Shown here: positions 1 to 13,800 of the stretch, in pieces
Position numbering within the stretch: position 1 is the first letter of the stretch
Layout of the letters: each line of letters starts with the position of its first letter
Assembly: GCA_963514005.1 (NCBI GenBank)
Contig: OY740821.1
Location: 15,128,001 to 15,192,000 of the forward strand
Direction of reading: 5' to 3'
DNA: 64,000 nucleotides
From: Raja brachyura
Taxonomy: Eukaryota
The notes under the pieces: generated by a model
Databases searched by the model: none
Told to the model about the DNA's origin: nothing
The model's input: only the letters and a program-made list of their open reading frames with translations
Translations under genes and position numbers: made by a program

Positions 1-3000
1 TATCCATTAAGAAAAACGTGACATTCCATTCTCTCATTTCTTTCCAACTCTGTCTTCTAACAGGCCTTGATTTACTAGAACAATAAATATTTGATCATAA
101 TGGGTGGTATGTGATATAAACCTGGTGACTTGTTTCCTACAGACTGGCAGGTAGTGTGATGTGATGTAAAACTCCTTGTTTAAGCACCATTTCACATTGA
201 TAAATTTGCAATGTTCATGTTAGATGTATCCACACACGTGAATAGTTTGAATTGTAATTGGTTTAAAGCTTGTTTCCTCATTTGAAGAAAAAACACCCTC
301 CAGTCCCCCAATAAAGTCAACTTTTCAAGTTGCTGGACTACATTTTCTACAAATTCATGTGCCAATATTCTTTGTCGTCTTAAAATGTTCTTTGTATGTG
401 ATCTCTGATACAAGTTCTACAGTCGGACATTTCATTCTGTCCAGCTTCTTCCATATCTGGCAGTATAATATTTGTTTCCTTGTTTACATGATATCATGTC
501 ATACCACGCCTGGTTTTTGTTTTTGCAACAGGATATTGGACTGTAGAGGCATTGTTGCAAGTCTTCTCTTGCCTGACTCCAACATTTAATGGCCTCTATC
601 CAGCATGCTGTCTTTGACTCGCCTGTAACATTTTCTCTCCGTTGTCCATCCGATCACTCGTGCAAACACGATGGTAAATGTTAGTGTAGTTTGCCATGGT
701 TAGCTGAAAGCAGCTGATCAGGATCCTGTGCTTACATTGTGTACACTTGTAGCAGAGGTGACGGAACAGAAGGCCTGTGGATGCCGAGTCCATATGGTGC
801 TGCTGCAAATTCAATACAACGCAGCAAACAAAATTGGGATCTTCGTCGTTGATGCCTCGACCCCACAGAAAGAAAATTGTCACAACATGTTTCCCTATGT
901 CTCAAAGTCTCGAGTGTATTAATCGATGTGGTTATAAAACAAACTGATTTCTCGCATCTTTACTGACGCCAGACAAGTTTGAAATTCTGCTTTGGATTGT
1001 AAGCATCTTGAGAAAAATGAGTTTGGACATTCTCAACTGAGTTATTTGTCGGATATTGGCATACAGCACATAATTGCCTATGGTTTAGCACTAATTAGGT
1101 AACCTTTATCTAAAGATCAGAAGGTGGGTTATAAAGGAAATGGGGGGAATATGCTGGTGCAGGAGGGGTGCTCTTGAGATTGGATGCTTTTTAATTTTAC
1201 TTCTATTTTGTCTGCCTTGGAGCTTTAGAAATTTATGTTATGGAAAGAACCCATTCAGCCCATATTCTCCCTCGCATTTCCAGAACGACCTTGCAGTGTT
1301 GAGCTATCTATCCACTTTCCCATCTGAAGAATGCCTTGGATATTCTTTGCATTTTAAAAGGGTTTTTAAATTCTGCTTCTGTCTTTGAATAGTGGGCAGC
1401 TTAACTACCTGTAATTTTATTTTGGGACAGAGCAACTTTCAAATTAAATTGAAGAACTGTCCTACACTGAATCATTGAAGAAGTGGAAATTACTTGATTG
1501 CACTGGTGACAGTATATTGAAGTTAACATTTTGGCTGCATCTTTCCTTCTTGCTCGGGGAAACTTGCAAACTAGTTTTCTCCATAATGCAGAGATTCTGG
1601 ACAGTTTAAGCCTACAGCAAAGGCATTTCAGATCTTTGAGATTGAAGGGATGCTGAAGAATATTGTCATTTGATTAGAATAAATTAGGATAATCAATTCA
1701 GTGTTTCTACTACAGAGGTGTACTTTAATTTGATTTTATTCTGCTATGTAAGCAATCAGTTTAAAATGAACCCAATGATTCAATAGTACTGGAGGATACA
1801 GCCTAGTTGCAGTGTATTTTTGGATATGTTTGGGTAAAGTAGGAAAAATATATCACTGGTATGTAATTTATCCCTCAAACTAGGTTCTGTGACACATTTG
1901 ACCTTGTGTAAAATACTCAAGGTACTGTTGTAGCAAATTGTGGCATGTGTAGGAATCAATTTGTCATGCATTGTCAAATTACTTGCCCTACCCACCACGT
2001 TCCTCCTGTTAAAGTGTACTCCTTCATTAAGGAAGTGGATAAATAGTAAACAGTGCTAATGTCACCCCTGTCCTCTGTTAAATGTGTATTGTTCTCTTGT
2101 TCCACTGTATCTGCAACAATTTTGCACCTTTTTTGGTCGAGTGTTATACACACAAACGAGTGTTTTTATAAATGTGCTGAGATATATGATTGTAAATATT
2201 CAAACATGAAAGTGGTTTCAGCTGAAGAAAATTTGCCGTACAAAGCATCTTGCTGCTATCCTTTAAAATCAGAGTATAGATTTTACTGTTATCTTGGGAG
2301 AATTGAAGGAAACTGGGATGTGCAGGGTGACTTGTGTTGTCTCTTCACACGTCCCCACTAGTTCCGCTTGCTCTGTTAAATAGCTCCTTGCAGGTAGATG
2401 AGAGAATGAAACCGAGTTTCCTTTCTCACAATTCCCTTTACAACCAAGTGTTTAACTCTTTTGAGGACAACACCAGCTCTTCCAACTGATGTCTTCAAGC
2501 TCAACAGCTCTTTTCATGGCACTAATGGTACTACTTTTGCTTTGTTCCTTGCCCCCCCCCCCCCCTCAATTGCCAGTAAACTTTATTCTATAATTCATTT
2601 TGTGTCAAGAGTTATCTTCAATGCATCTTGCAGAAGTTTCCTAATCACATTGTTCAGTGACATTTCTGATGTTTGGAATTTTGCAATAGCAAGTGGGTAC
2701 ATGTGAGTCTAAAAGCTTTATAAATGTAAAGGCTTGATTCAGAGCAAAAAGTACCAGTTATGTGAATCCAGCAGTATCTACTTAACAAGGTGTCGTCAGT
2801 CTCTCTCCCAGCTCTCTGCTTCCGATGTACAGAAAGTTTTTTTTAAAATCCACCTGGCCTTGCTCTTTTTTGCAATATTTTACCAGTGCTATTCCCTCAG
2901 GAGCTTTTCTATTTGCTCTTTTCTCCCAACCCCCACCCAGCTCTCAGGCTATCAGAGGCAACCTTTCAACCACCGCTTTAGTAACGACTTGCAAATTAGA

Positions 3001-3999
3001 AAGGAGGATCACCGAACAAGCAGCTGATCTATTATCAATCATTTTGCACCTGTCCAAACTGAATTTTCCCCTTTTCTCTCATAAAGGGGTGTGGAGTTTG
3101 ATGGTCTGTGCCCACTTGGGTTGTACAGCACAGAAATAATCCGTTTGGCTCTTCACTTCTGCAGTAACTGTCGGTTGTTTCAAACAGCAGGCTAACTCAC
3201 AAAGGTGATATTGTCTCTAAGCCTTGCTCTAACTGATATGCAACTTCAAACTCTTCTGAACAGCTGCAAAAAGCTGAGGTTTTCCACTATTTAATCATCG
3301 GTCAGAACTACATTGACTAATATTTGGCAGCTCTAAGTTAGCAGCAGGTGATGGTCAGTTTTGCAGTGACGTGGTTCAATGTTTTTCCAACAACTGTCAT
3401 TGTTGAAGTAAAGGTATAGTGAAGAAAGTAAGGGCTTATGAAAAGTTGTAAAGTTTTTAAAAATTCAATGTATCTGTCCTTGGAGCCTGGGTTGGGAAGG
3501 GTTAAACAGTTTATCCCTATTTTGCCACCAGAGCAGAATAAACAGTAATTAGAGTGGAATTCCTAAATGGTGTTGGTGGTTGTTGGTTTATGGAGAACAG
3601 GTAGGGGTCTTCCTCCTCACATCTGTTCCATGTGGGAAAATGCTGGTCTTCAAACAGAGGGAATCTTAAACAATTTGCATCTAAAGGGTGTGGGATCAAA
3701 TCTTATACTGTTCCCATCCCTGGGTTATTTGTGAAGACCTGAGAGTGGTAACAATTAATTTACTTAGTTGAATGTGTTCCAAACTACATTCTTTCAACTT
3801 ATAGGTGGTGATAGCGAATGCTATTATATCTGAGGAGTTCGCGTTTCACATTTGATTATTCATTTTACCGCTCGAACCATCACTCCTGAGGCACCAGTCC
3901 ATGGGCCTTCTCCAGTACCTCACTCAGATGACCCCTCTGTTGTTGATGGAGTATTTGATCATAAGGGTAATCTCACTGCAGGCAGAATAATAGATGTAG

Positions 4000-5400
4000 T
4001 AATAAAAAGGAACTGCAAATGCTGGTTTATACCAAAGAGAGAGAATGCTTGAGTAACTCAGCTGATCGGGCAGCTAGGTGACGTTTTGGGTCGGGACCCA
4101 TCTTCAGACTGATTGTAGTTGCGGGAGTGCACGGGAAAGGAAACGGACCAGGGTGGGGAAAAAACAGGACGAATTGGGGCCAGCAACAGATTACCTCAGG
4201 TAAGGAGGTTCCATGATCGCTGATTGGTGGCTGGAGACGGGTGTGAGGCCAAGAGGAATACATTATTGCAAACTGGAGCTGGTTAATGGACCTTTAGTAG
4301 AGGAAGGACAGGGGAGGGAGGTATTTGTAAAAGCTACGCAAAATGAGAAAATTTAATGTTCATACCGCTGGGTTGCAAGCTACCCAAGTGAGATATGAGG
4401 TGCTGCTCTTCCAATTTGCATGTGGCCTCACTCTGGCAATGCTGGAGACCCACGACAGAAAGGTCAGTGTGGGAATGGTAAGGAGAGTTAAAATGGTTAT
4501 CAACTGGGAGATCCGCTTGGCTGCTTTGGCAGACCGAGCATCAGCTTTCAGCGAAGTAGTCGCTGAGCCTATGCTTCGTCTCGCCGATGTACAGGAAACA
4601 TCAGGAACACTGAATGCAGTAGAACATACGCATGAGAACCTCGGTCCCACCAGGAAGGACTGTCGGGGTCCCTGAATGGAGTTGAGGGTGGACGTGCAAG
4701 GACAGGTGTTGCATCTCCTGCAATTGCTGGGGAAGGTACCTGGGGAGGGGGTGGAAGGGGATGAGTGAACCAAGGAGTTGCAGAGGGAGCGGAAAGGTGT
4801 GGAGATGGGAAGATGTGATTTGTGGTGGGATCGCATTGGAGGTTACGGAAATGTAGGAGGATGGTGTGTTAGATACGGAAACTGGTGAGTTGAAAGATGA
4901 GGACCAGGAGAATTGTCCTTGTGTGGGGAATTGGTAGGTTTGTAGTAGACGTCAGGTAATAGTCTGAAGAAGGGTCTCGACCCGAAACGTTGCCTATCTC
5001 CTTCGCCCCTTCGATACTGCTGTACCCGCTGAGTTTCTACAGCTTTTTGTGTAACCCCAGGTAATAGTCTATCTCTTGTGATGGAAACAGAGATGAAGAA
5101 AGGGGAGAGAGGTGTCAGTGATAGTCCAGGTGAATTTGAGGGCAGGATGGAAGTTAGTGATGAGGTTCATGAATTCTACGCTGATGCAGGAAGCAGTCCT
5201 GATGCAGTCGTCAATGTAACTGAGAAAGTTGAGGGATAGGGCCAGTGTATGCCTGGAACAAGGATTGTTTGACGTACTCAACAAAAAGGCAGGCATAGCT
5301 GGGGCCCATGTGAGTGCCCATGGCTACACCTGTTAACTTGGAGAAAATGGGAGGAGTCAAAAGAGAAGTTGTTGAGAGTGAGGACAAGTTTATAAGAGGA
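4000..5400 (-). mobile_element. Penelope-like retroelement remnant (RT + GIY-YIG endonuclease + 3' terminal repeat with hammerhead motif)
   Basis: Frameshifted RT motifs GVAMGTHMGPSYACLFV and YIDDCI; NFHPALKFTWTI; Cys-rich CNCRRCNTCP-like segment; C-terminal GIY-YIG region; then a terminal repeat with CTGAAGA..AAAACGTC at 4080-4107. Confidence 0.8.
4964..4991 (+). ncRNA. Minimal hammerhead-ribozyme motif in a short PLE-derived insertion nested in the PLE
   Basis: CTGAAGA-A-GGGTC-TC-GACCC-GAAAC-GTT. The insertion is flanked by the direct repeat CAGGTAATAGTCT (4953-4965 and 5058-5070). Confidence 0.6.
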
Positions 5401-6375
5401 TAGATGTAGTCGGCAGCCGCAGTGAGGTTTGGTATATTCAGAGACGCTGTTACGATTATGGTACCACTGTTGTAATTAGTCTTACTGCGGAATATGAGCT
5501 GTTCAACACGAGTCAGCAAACTTGCTGGCAGACCTCAGTTTGAAATTTTCCTTGCCATACAGATCAAGTTGCTACGCTAGTCTCTATTAAGCTGCTTGCT
5601 TTTATTCAGAACCAGAGTTGCACGGAGCAATGGTGAGGGAAGGGAATCAACTAGGTTCCTGCTCATAACCACTGTTCGGCCACCCCTCTTGAAAGTTGTG
5701 CAAGCTTGTCCAGTAGGCTTGCTCATGGAAAATTGGTAGTTGTTTGAGAGCTCCATTGCCACTTTCTGAGCTGTCATAGATAGTGCCTCCTGGGGAGATG
5801 AGCTATTTTACATTGGAAAAGAAAATGAGTCACAAAGTGAAAGGCTGCAGCAGGAACAACCTCGCTGTTGAACCTTGCAGGTGGTGTCCATTGATTTATA
5901 GCCTTCCCTCTTCAACTCTATGAAGCTCGAGTGCTGTTGCGTGACTTTGAGTGCCAATAAAAGTTTGCTTCCTCCTACTTCAATGTCTTTAGATTTCCAG
6001 AAGTATTTGAGGAAGGGATAGAAGGGTAGCAAAAGTTCCAAAATGAGCTCATAAAAACTCCATGCCTGAGGCAGTGAAAGACCAGGTATGCAACGCTGCT
6101 GTATTGTTTCAGTTGAGATTTATAGCGCAGTGAAGGTGGCTTGTCCTGAGGACACTGAGTCGGAAGGATGCGAGAGCTAAACTTTGGCATTTTTGTTAAT
6201 GCAATTTGGGGGATGGGTATTGAATGAAAAACTGCTGCTCTAGTGTCTCCAAATAAAACCAACCTAATTTTCTACTCCTTGTAATGGTTTCTGGAGCGTT
6301 GAGATTGTACTAATACAGAAATAACAGGAAACAACTCAGCCATTGGCTCGCAGGAGATCAATCCTATTCAGAGGG

Positions 6376-6503
6376 GTCTGAAGAAGGGTTTCGGCCCGAA
6401 ATGTTGTCTATCTCCTTCGCTCCATAGATGCTGCTGCACCCGCTGAGTTTCTCCAGCATTTTGTGTACCCTCTATTTTCCAGCATCTGCAGTTCCTTCTT
6501 TAA
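6376..6503 (+). mobile_element. Short PLE 3'-terminal copy with hammerhead-like core
   Basis: gtctgaagaagggtttcggcccgaaatgtt...gatgctgctgcacccgctgagtttctccagc...ccagcatctgcagttccttctt, the same family as the 38076-38220 copy. Confidence 0.8.
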
Positions 6504-6614
6504 CAATCCTATTCCCTTACTGCCTTGATGTATTCCCTCCCCCTCTCTTTCCCCTCCCCTCTCTTTTCCCTCCCCCTCCCTCTTGATTCCTTTTGCCATT
6601 AATCTTGGTTCAGG

Positions 6615-6781
6615 GTAACTGGCCATCGTACATCTTTGGGGATGTGGGAAGAAACTCGAGGATCCAGAAGACACCCACCCAGACATGGAGAGAATGTGCA
6701 GACAGCACCTGAGGTTGGATCAGACCCATGTTCCTGGAGCAGCGAGGCAACAGCACTAACTGCTGTGCCACCATGCTGCCC
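6615..6781 (-). mobile_element. Degenerate V-SINE
   Basis: Minus strand starts gggcagcatggtggcacagcagttag; V-domain ttcccacatccccaaagatgtac. Confidence 0.7.
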
Positions 6782-7271
6782 TTAATTGTATTATTATAAG
6801 CTGTTTTTCTCTGAGATTTTACTTGTTTTCACATTCCTCACAGACTTCAGATTGCTACGTAGCATGTGTTACAGCGCATTGGCTTAAAGTTGCCTTGTCA
6901 ATCATTTAATAGTTTAATTTGCACTACACAAAATTAGATCAGAATTTCCTTATGTGTTAAACGGTTGAATCAAAAAGATGAATCTGCTTGTCACCATGCT
7001 GGAACCAGTACAGGAATGTACGTCAGTTGACCAAGTTACTTGTGGAGAGACATGAGGTGGAGACTGAAAAATGAGAGAAAACCGTCAAAGGGTAAATAAC
7101 AGCATAGGCTGGTCCACTGAAAAGCTTCATTAATGGAAATTTGGTGGAAAGTGAATTTCAATGATGGGTTATAGCTGGTTCTGCACCCACTAAGGAACCG
7201 ATTGAGATTGCCTCAAGTTATTTCACTTGTAGGAAGTAGATTTTGAATACATAAACTGATCCCAGATACAA

Positions 7272-7367
7272 GTCTGAAGAAGGGTCTCAACCCGAAACGT
7301 TACCCATTCCTTCTCTTCAAAGATGCTGCCTGTCCAGCTGGGTTACTCCAGCATTTTGTGTCTATCT
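7272..7367 (+). mobile_element. Short PLE 3'-terminal copy with hammerhead-like core
   Basis: gtctgaagaagggtctcaacccgaaacgttacccattcc..., flanked by ccagata (7262-7268 and 7368-7374). Confidence 0.75.
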
Positions 7368-10189
7368 CCAGATATTCTAATGTTCTGTGATCTCCAGTGA
7401 CATTTTACTTGGTAGGTCTACGTAGGTCTTCTGTGCACATTGACCTTGCATATCACATTGTCTCTAAAAGATCCATGTTTTTGGTTCACCTTTAGAATGC
7501 AAAATCAACACTCTTCAGTATAAATGTTTTTATTGCTCTTGAAAGATGTACTCCAAACAACCACAAACTAAAGGAAAAATCAAAACAACATTTCAACAGT
7601 TGACAGAAAAAACATCTTCTTTCTGCAACACATTTAGGTTTCAAAGATACTTCAACTTATAAAATAAGCCCTAATTTTACCTGTGTAAATATTTATTTGT
7701 ACTGAGAACAAAATTGGACACTTTTAAAGGTAATATTGTACACAATATGAACAGAACTAATTCAAGCAACTATATTAAAACTTCAGGTTATACAATATTG
7801 TATCTGTAATGCTTACACAACAGATTTAGCGCTCATTTAATTTTATCCTCTGAGCAGATTTGTGAAGATTATTGGTGTGCCATTTAATAATGGTTACAAT
7901 GAGTTGCCTCCCCATCAAAAAGTACGTAGCTGTTTGAAATCTGAATAGTGCCTCTCGGCTGCTTTCTGGATACGCAATGCCAATGTTGCTCAACACTCTG
8001 CTGAACCGTTTTGTTCTTTTCTTTATGGTAGTCCTTGGCCGAACAGCCTGCAGGCTAGCTCTGTGATTCTCCCCCCCCCCCCCCCCCCCCCCCCCGTCCT
8101 TAATTCCATTCTATCAACCAAAACATTTATCATCTACAATAACACATTAACTTAACGTGCGCAGTCAAATGGCAATTGAGCATTTGTAAGATTTAACATC
8201 CGTACAATGAACTGTTTTAGCTTGGCCTCGGAGGTTGGCCAACATTGATCTTTAATAGTGATTGTGCTCATGTTGGAAATTTGCCAGATTAGCCATTACG
8301 CTTCAATGTTCCATTTTTTTTGTTTCCATTAACCCGACCCTACATAGCTAAAAGCACTCACCTGGGTTCAACAGCATCCCTACTTGCAAAAGTTGGTTTC
8401 ATAAACCACTGCACACAATAATTTCACAAAACCTCAGTGTGATTATGTATTGTATTATTAAAGTTCCTATTTGAATATACTTACAAAGTTATACTTGTGA
8501 ATGTATAATAAACAAGGCCTTATTAACCCCTTATATTTCAGTTTAGCGTGGTAAAATAACTTTTCCTGAAAAGCTGTGTAATATTAAGACTGTTTTGGTA
8601 CTTTAAACCATATTGCACTGGAGAGCTGAATGGGCATATGATTTTATTTATATCGAACTCTAGGACTCTCAAACAATGGTAGTGAATGTGGTTCACTTCT
8701 GGAAGTGAAGTTCTTGTAGCGTGCCACTTTCCCCACTGATACAACAATACAAAATAGGTAAAAGCTGGTATTAACTCGAATTTGATTTACACAGTGGCAT
8801 CCATAGTCGCACTTTGAACTTGTACCATGAGTTGTGCCCAATGGGGATGTGATGCAGTGTGTAATAAACATCCTCTCATTTCTTTGACTTTCCACAGTGC
8901 AACAGTTACCATTTGCGAAATCGAATCTGAACAAGCTTTCGTGCATTCAGAAATCTTTTCCTGAACCATGTTCAATGGCATGGTACTTCTGTTGCAGCAC
9001 TGCTCTCCCAGGTACTTTCAGGTTACTTTTAGACTGAATTAATAATGATCTGTGTGCAGATGGGGAAGGAAGCAACCAAATGTGCAATAAGGTAGAATTA
9101 GTAGCAAACATGGGAAATACGGTGATGCCAGGTTTATTTCATTAGGTTCCTACAACCTCAAGTAAAGGAGGACATTGTTTCCTTTAAGTCAACGAGGAAG
9201 CCTTAAACTTGAGAAACATTAAGATGCAGGTAATTCTAAAATATTTAACTATAATAACCTTTTGAGCTACTCCCTCTCATACAACGTTCTACATTTGCAT
9301 TAACTGTAACAAAAAAAGATTTGATACATAACCATCAAATCCTATGCACATGACTTGAAAATTAATGTTAATTACGAGTTCTTTATCAGGGCCAGTTAAA
9401 ATTGGACTGCACCCAAGCAAACATACTGCACTTCCCAAAACCCGTCTGTTTGGATCTCGCAGTGCTTTTTACAGAAGGATCCTTCCTTGTACAGCAAGGG
9501 CAGTCTAGATTTTCCACCCTATTGAGATTTATCCTGGGCAGAATCAATTTGTTGTGAATGTTTTAGGCAGATGAGGGGGCAGTTGGTCTTGCTTATATCT
9601 TGAGCACATTGCCTGAGATTTTTATTTTAAACACCACCCCATATCTCACTCCCATCCCCCACCACAGCCAAAGGGAATGATGCACAGAATGGGTTAAAAT
9701 CAGCCGAGACCTGGAAATAGTACTGGTTAGTTTTTTTTTGTGGGGGGAGGGGGAGCACCAGCAGCCATTAAGGGGACATACATTTCCTACCCTCCACCTA
9801 CATTTAAAATTGGGTCCACTGTCTCAGTAGATTGTGCCTGAAAATGTCCATGGTTGCAACAAATGTCCTCACTTTATAATCATTAGAAATGGGTTCTGTT
9901 CATAACCTATGTAAGCATCGTTTTCTTTTAATCTATTTTCAAAGATGAATAAATACACAGTCCTCCTGTGAGGGGAGCAGTCACTGTACAGGGCCGAATC
10001 ATTTGATAGTCATCTAGTATGAGGTGACCTGTAAGTAATTCCTCTGTCGCATTGTATACCTGAGTTTGAATCCACTCAATAAGGCCAGTAATGTCTACAA
10101 TAATAAGTAACTGGTCTCAGTGATATGTTTTAATTAGAATCCCACCAGTCTTCAATGTTTCTCAGTGAAATTAATGCTGATTTATATAT

Positions 10190-10860
10190 TTTTAAATGCA
10201 GGAAATGCCGGGCCAGGCAGCATCTGCAGAAGGAGAAACTGTGTTGCATTTCACATTGTTGATGACCTTTCATCAGAGCTAGGAAGATTTTAAAATTCAA
10301 ACCTATTTTACACGGCAGATGGAGAGACCAAGAGACGCAGGAAGCCACGAGTGGTAGGGGTGCCAACTGAGAGAGGGTTGTGAAGGCTTGTCCATCCATC
10401 CGTAAGGAGGAAGTGGAAATGGGACGGTGAGTGAGGTAGGAGGAGAGAAATACCCAATTCTGGAACAGTGAGATACAGAACACTGCAGGTGCTGGAAATC
10501 TGAAATAAAGGAGAGTGTTGGAGATACTCAGCAAGTTGGTTAGCTTCTGTAAGGAGAGACATGGAGTTGACGTTACAGGTTGATTAGGTTTCATTGGAAC
10601 TGCCCAGCCTTTCCTGCTGTCCAAAATTGTTGTACTCAGTGGAGTTGCGATGGCTGTAATGTGCCCAGATGGGTAATTAAATGCTGGTCCTTGAGCTTAT
10701 ACTGAGCTTTGTTGGAATAGTGTAAGATGCGAAAGACAGAGATCAGAGTGAGAGGGGATGCGGAATTAAAGTGACAGGCAATTGGAAAACCCAGGGCAAT
10801 CCCTGTGAACTCAGAGCTATAGTGCAAAGTGGTCAATCAACCTGGGCCTGGATCCTTAAG
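10190..10860 (-). mobile_element. Old Penelope-like remnant
   Basis: FPIACHFNS...KLKDQHLITHLGTLQP C-terminal motif plus an older tail variant CTGATGAAAGGTC. Confidence 0.6.
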
Positions 10861-13800
10861 CGGGGACAGCATTCTCATAGAGTCAAACAGCACGGAAATA
10901 GGCCCTTCAGCCCAACTCATTCATGCCAACCAGGATGCCCCATCTACGGTAGTCTCATTTGCCTGCGTTTGGCCCACATCCATCTAAACCAATCCTATCC
11001 ATGTACCTGGGTACACAAAAATGCTGGAGAAACTCAGCAGGTGCAGCAGCATCTATGGAGCGAAGGAAATAGGCAACGTTTCGGGCCGAACCCCTTCTTC
11101 TATCCATGTACCTGTCAAGTGTCTTTTAAATACTGTTATAGTAGCTGCTTCAACTACCTCCTCTGGCAACTCATTCCATATACTCATCACCCTCTGTGAA
11201 AAAGTTGTCCCTCAGGCTCTTATTAAACCTTTCCCCTCTCACCTTAAAGTGAGCACTGAATGCAACACACTAATTCTTTTTCCAATCAACTGTAGTGTTT
11301 TGTATTTCACAGCTCCAGAATGTTTTTTGTATTCATCTCCTGTTTATGTTCTGCAGACAGGTCAGCTCTGATATGCCTTTCCCATCCTTGCTCAGGTAAC
11401 ACCACTACCTCTTGATTAACTCAGTCTCTTGGTCCCCATCTGCCCCTTCCCTGCAGCATAAAACACGTTTGATTACAATTTTAACTTTTCCTATTTCTGA
11501 TGCAAGGCCATTGACCTGAAATGTTAGCCCTTTCTTTTCACACATGCTGCCTGACCGACTGGTAACATTTTCTGATTTTATTTTAGATTTGCAGGATCTG
11601 GAGTGGTTTTGGAATAATGCAGCACTGGAAGAAGGGATTCAGCCTGGCACGGCCCGTTAGAAAGAGCTGGTTTCACTCCACTCCTCTTCGCACTATGTTC
11701 GTTTTTTATCCCTTTCGAAATAGGGACCTATTTCCTTTTTGAGACTTCCTATTTAATCTGCTTCCACTGCCCTTTCAGACAATGTGTCCCGGATTATAAT
11801 TCTCCACCTTCTTTCAGCTCTCGTGTCTTCTGATTACTGACCCTCTTGTCTATGTAGTTTCACCAGATCAAATCTACCAAACACTCTTAATTTTTCCCAG
11901 TTGTCTCGATGGCCATTTAAAATAACTGAGGTCACTTAAGGCTTTTTGTAAAAAAAATAAATAAAAGTGGACCTATTATTTTCGCTGCCAACTTTTTTTC
12001 CTGTCCCTCTGTTTGGGTTCCCTCTGCTCCAGCATACAAAGCAGAAAGTGAGCTGGCAAACTCCTCAAATCCCTCTGCCAGTTCTGTTTTTTAGATTGCT
12101 AGGACATAAATGGGTGACAACAATCCAAGTTGGTTCCTCCAGGGTTGTTTGTGTTGTGATAAATGGTTGCTTTTTGCTGTATTGTCCCTTTTACTGACAG
12201 TTTCCATTTGTACAGTGCCTCTTAATCTCGCCAGACGCTCCAAAACTGGAGCAGGTGACCAAATGTTTAGTCAGAGTTGAGTTTTGATGAGTGATTTCAG
12301 GATCGAGAGAGGCAGGGAGTTTAAGTGAGGAATTTCATCGCTTGGGACTTCCAAGTAGCTGAAGGCACGTCGAATAATGGTAGATCGAATAAAATCAGGG
12401 TAGGGCAGAATCGATTCTTAGAGGAATTAAGAAAAATCACAGTAACTATTGATTGAAAAGCAAGCTGATGCTTACAGGCACAATAAGCTGATTTAATATG
12501 TGCAGACTGTTGTGTTTCTCCAAGCTTCTCATTAATATTCCACCATTTGTATCACAGCCCAAAAATGATGGTCATGAAATGTGCCACAATTTACTGCAAT
12601 CTAACTTGCTTAAAGATTCTTTTGATCTTTGCATTTTGGTGATATTGCCTGTGCCTTGACGCAGCTGTTGATTAGGTTGCAATATCTGTCAGCACTTTCT
12701 CCATCCATTCATGCCACTAATCACTGATCAGCAGTTTCATGAAGTGGCTTTTGCAGCATAGTGTGCATATTAAAAAGAGATCCTCATGAATATTGATCAC
12801 CCAAGGAAGCATTCTGCTGCTCAACAAGGAATTCCTGCCTCCACCACCCGGAATGTTTTAAAGTGCCAGTGTTGGCACAAGTTGCAAGAGCCCGATGTAC
12901 CTTCTGCCCACCAGGATGTGGGATGGTGTGGATGACAACCAAAGGCTTGATCTTTTGAGTTCATTGATAATTAGAGTACAGTGATGTGATGGAACTAAAG
13001 GGTGAGGCAACCAATCTTGCTCAGTGCTCTGAATCTTCCCCAATCTCCCACTTGGTACCCCTACATGTTATCTCCCGATTCCACCCCCCTTCCCCCCTCC
13101 CCCCCCCCCCCCCCCCTTTCCCCATTGTGACCAATTCAGGCTTCCCTCCAACCAAGTGCAGGTTGTAAATGATTCGCGTTTGGTGTTTGCAAGGAGTCCC
13201 TTCAGCCCCTCTCCAGTCTGTTACATGGGGACAATACGAGGCCACTTTCAAGGCTATTTCAACAATCTGCTCTCTACGTTTCTGCAGCCTTTGAAACATT
13301 TACTTATCAACCTGTTTTAAAAATATATATTTTTGTTCCAGATTTCCTCTATCTTTAAATTATCTGGATATAATTGTAATATTGTGGTTCCCGCCGGGGG
13401 AATAGTTTTCTATCTACCCAGTCAACTCCCTTCATCTCAGTTGGATCACTCTTAATCTATACTCATGGTAACATGTGCCTTTAGTTTGTTTAAGAAGGAA
13501 CTGCAGATGCTGGAAAATCGAAGGTAGACAAAAGTGCTGGAGAAACTCAGTGGGTGTGACAGCATCTATGGAGCGAAGGAAATAGGCAACATTTCGGGTC
13601 GAAACCCGTCCCTTTTTTTGGACAGATACACTTTGGGAGAACAGTGCATACTTAGTACAGGCTTTGGCAGAATAAAATTTGTCTCTCAAATTTAAATGAA
13701 GGTTTCAGAGTGGGCCAGAATATTTCCATGGCAATAGCGATGTAGCCATCGATTATAACAGCAAGCATGAATCAGCAAATGCACCCGCACTTCCCTCTGT

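Noticed and set aside
8072-8095. Poly-C tracts (also near 2552, 13100, 21120, 39160) as G-quadruplex regulators
   Set aside because: Simple homopolymers, common in this genome type and error-prone in assembly; no further support.
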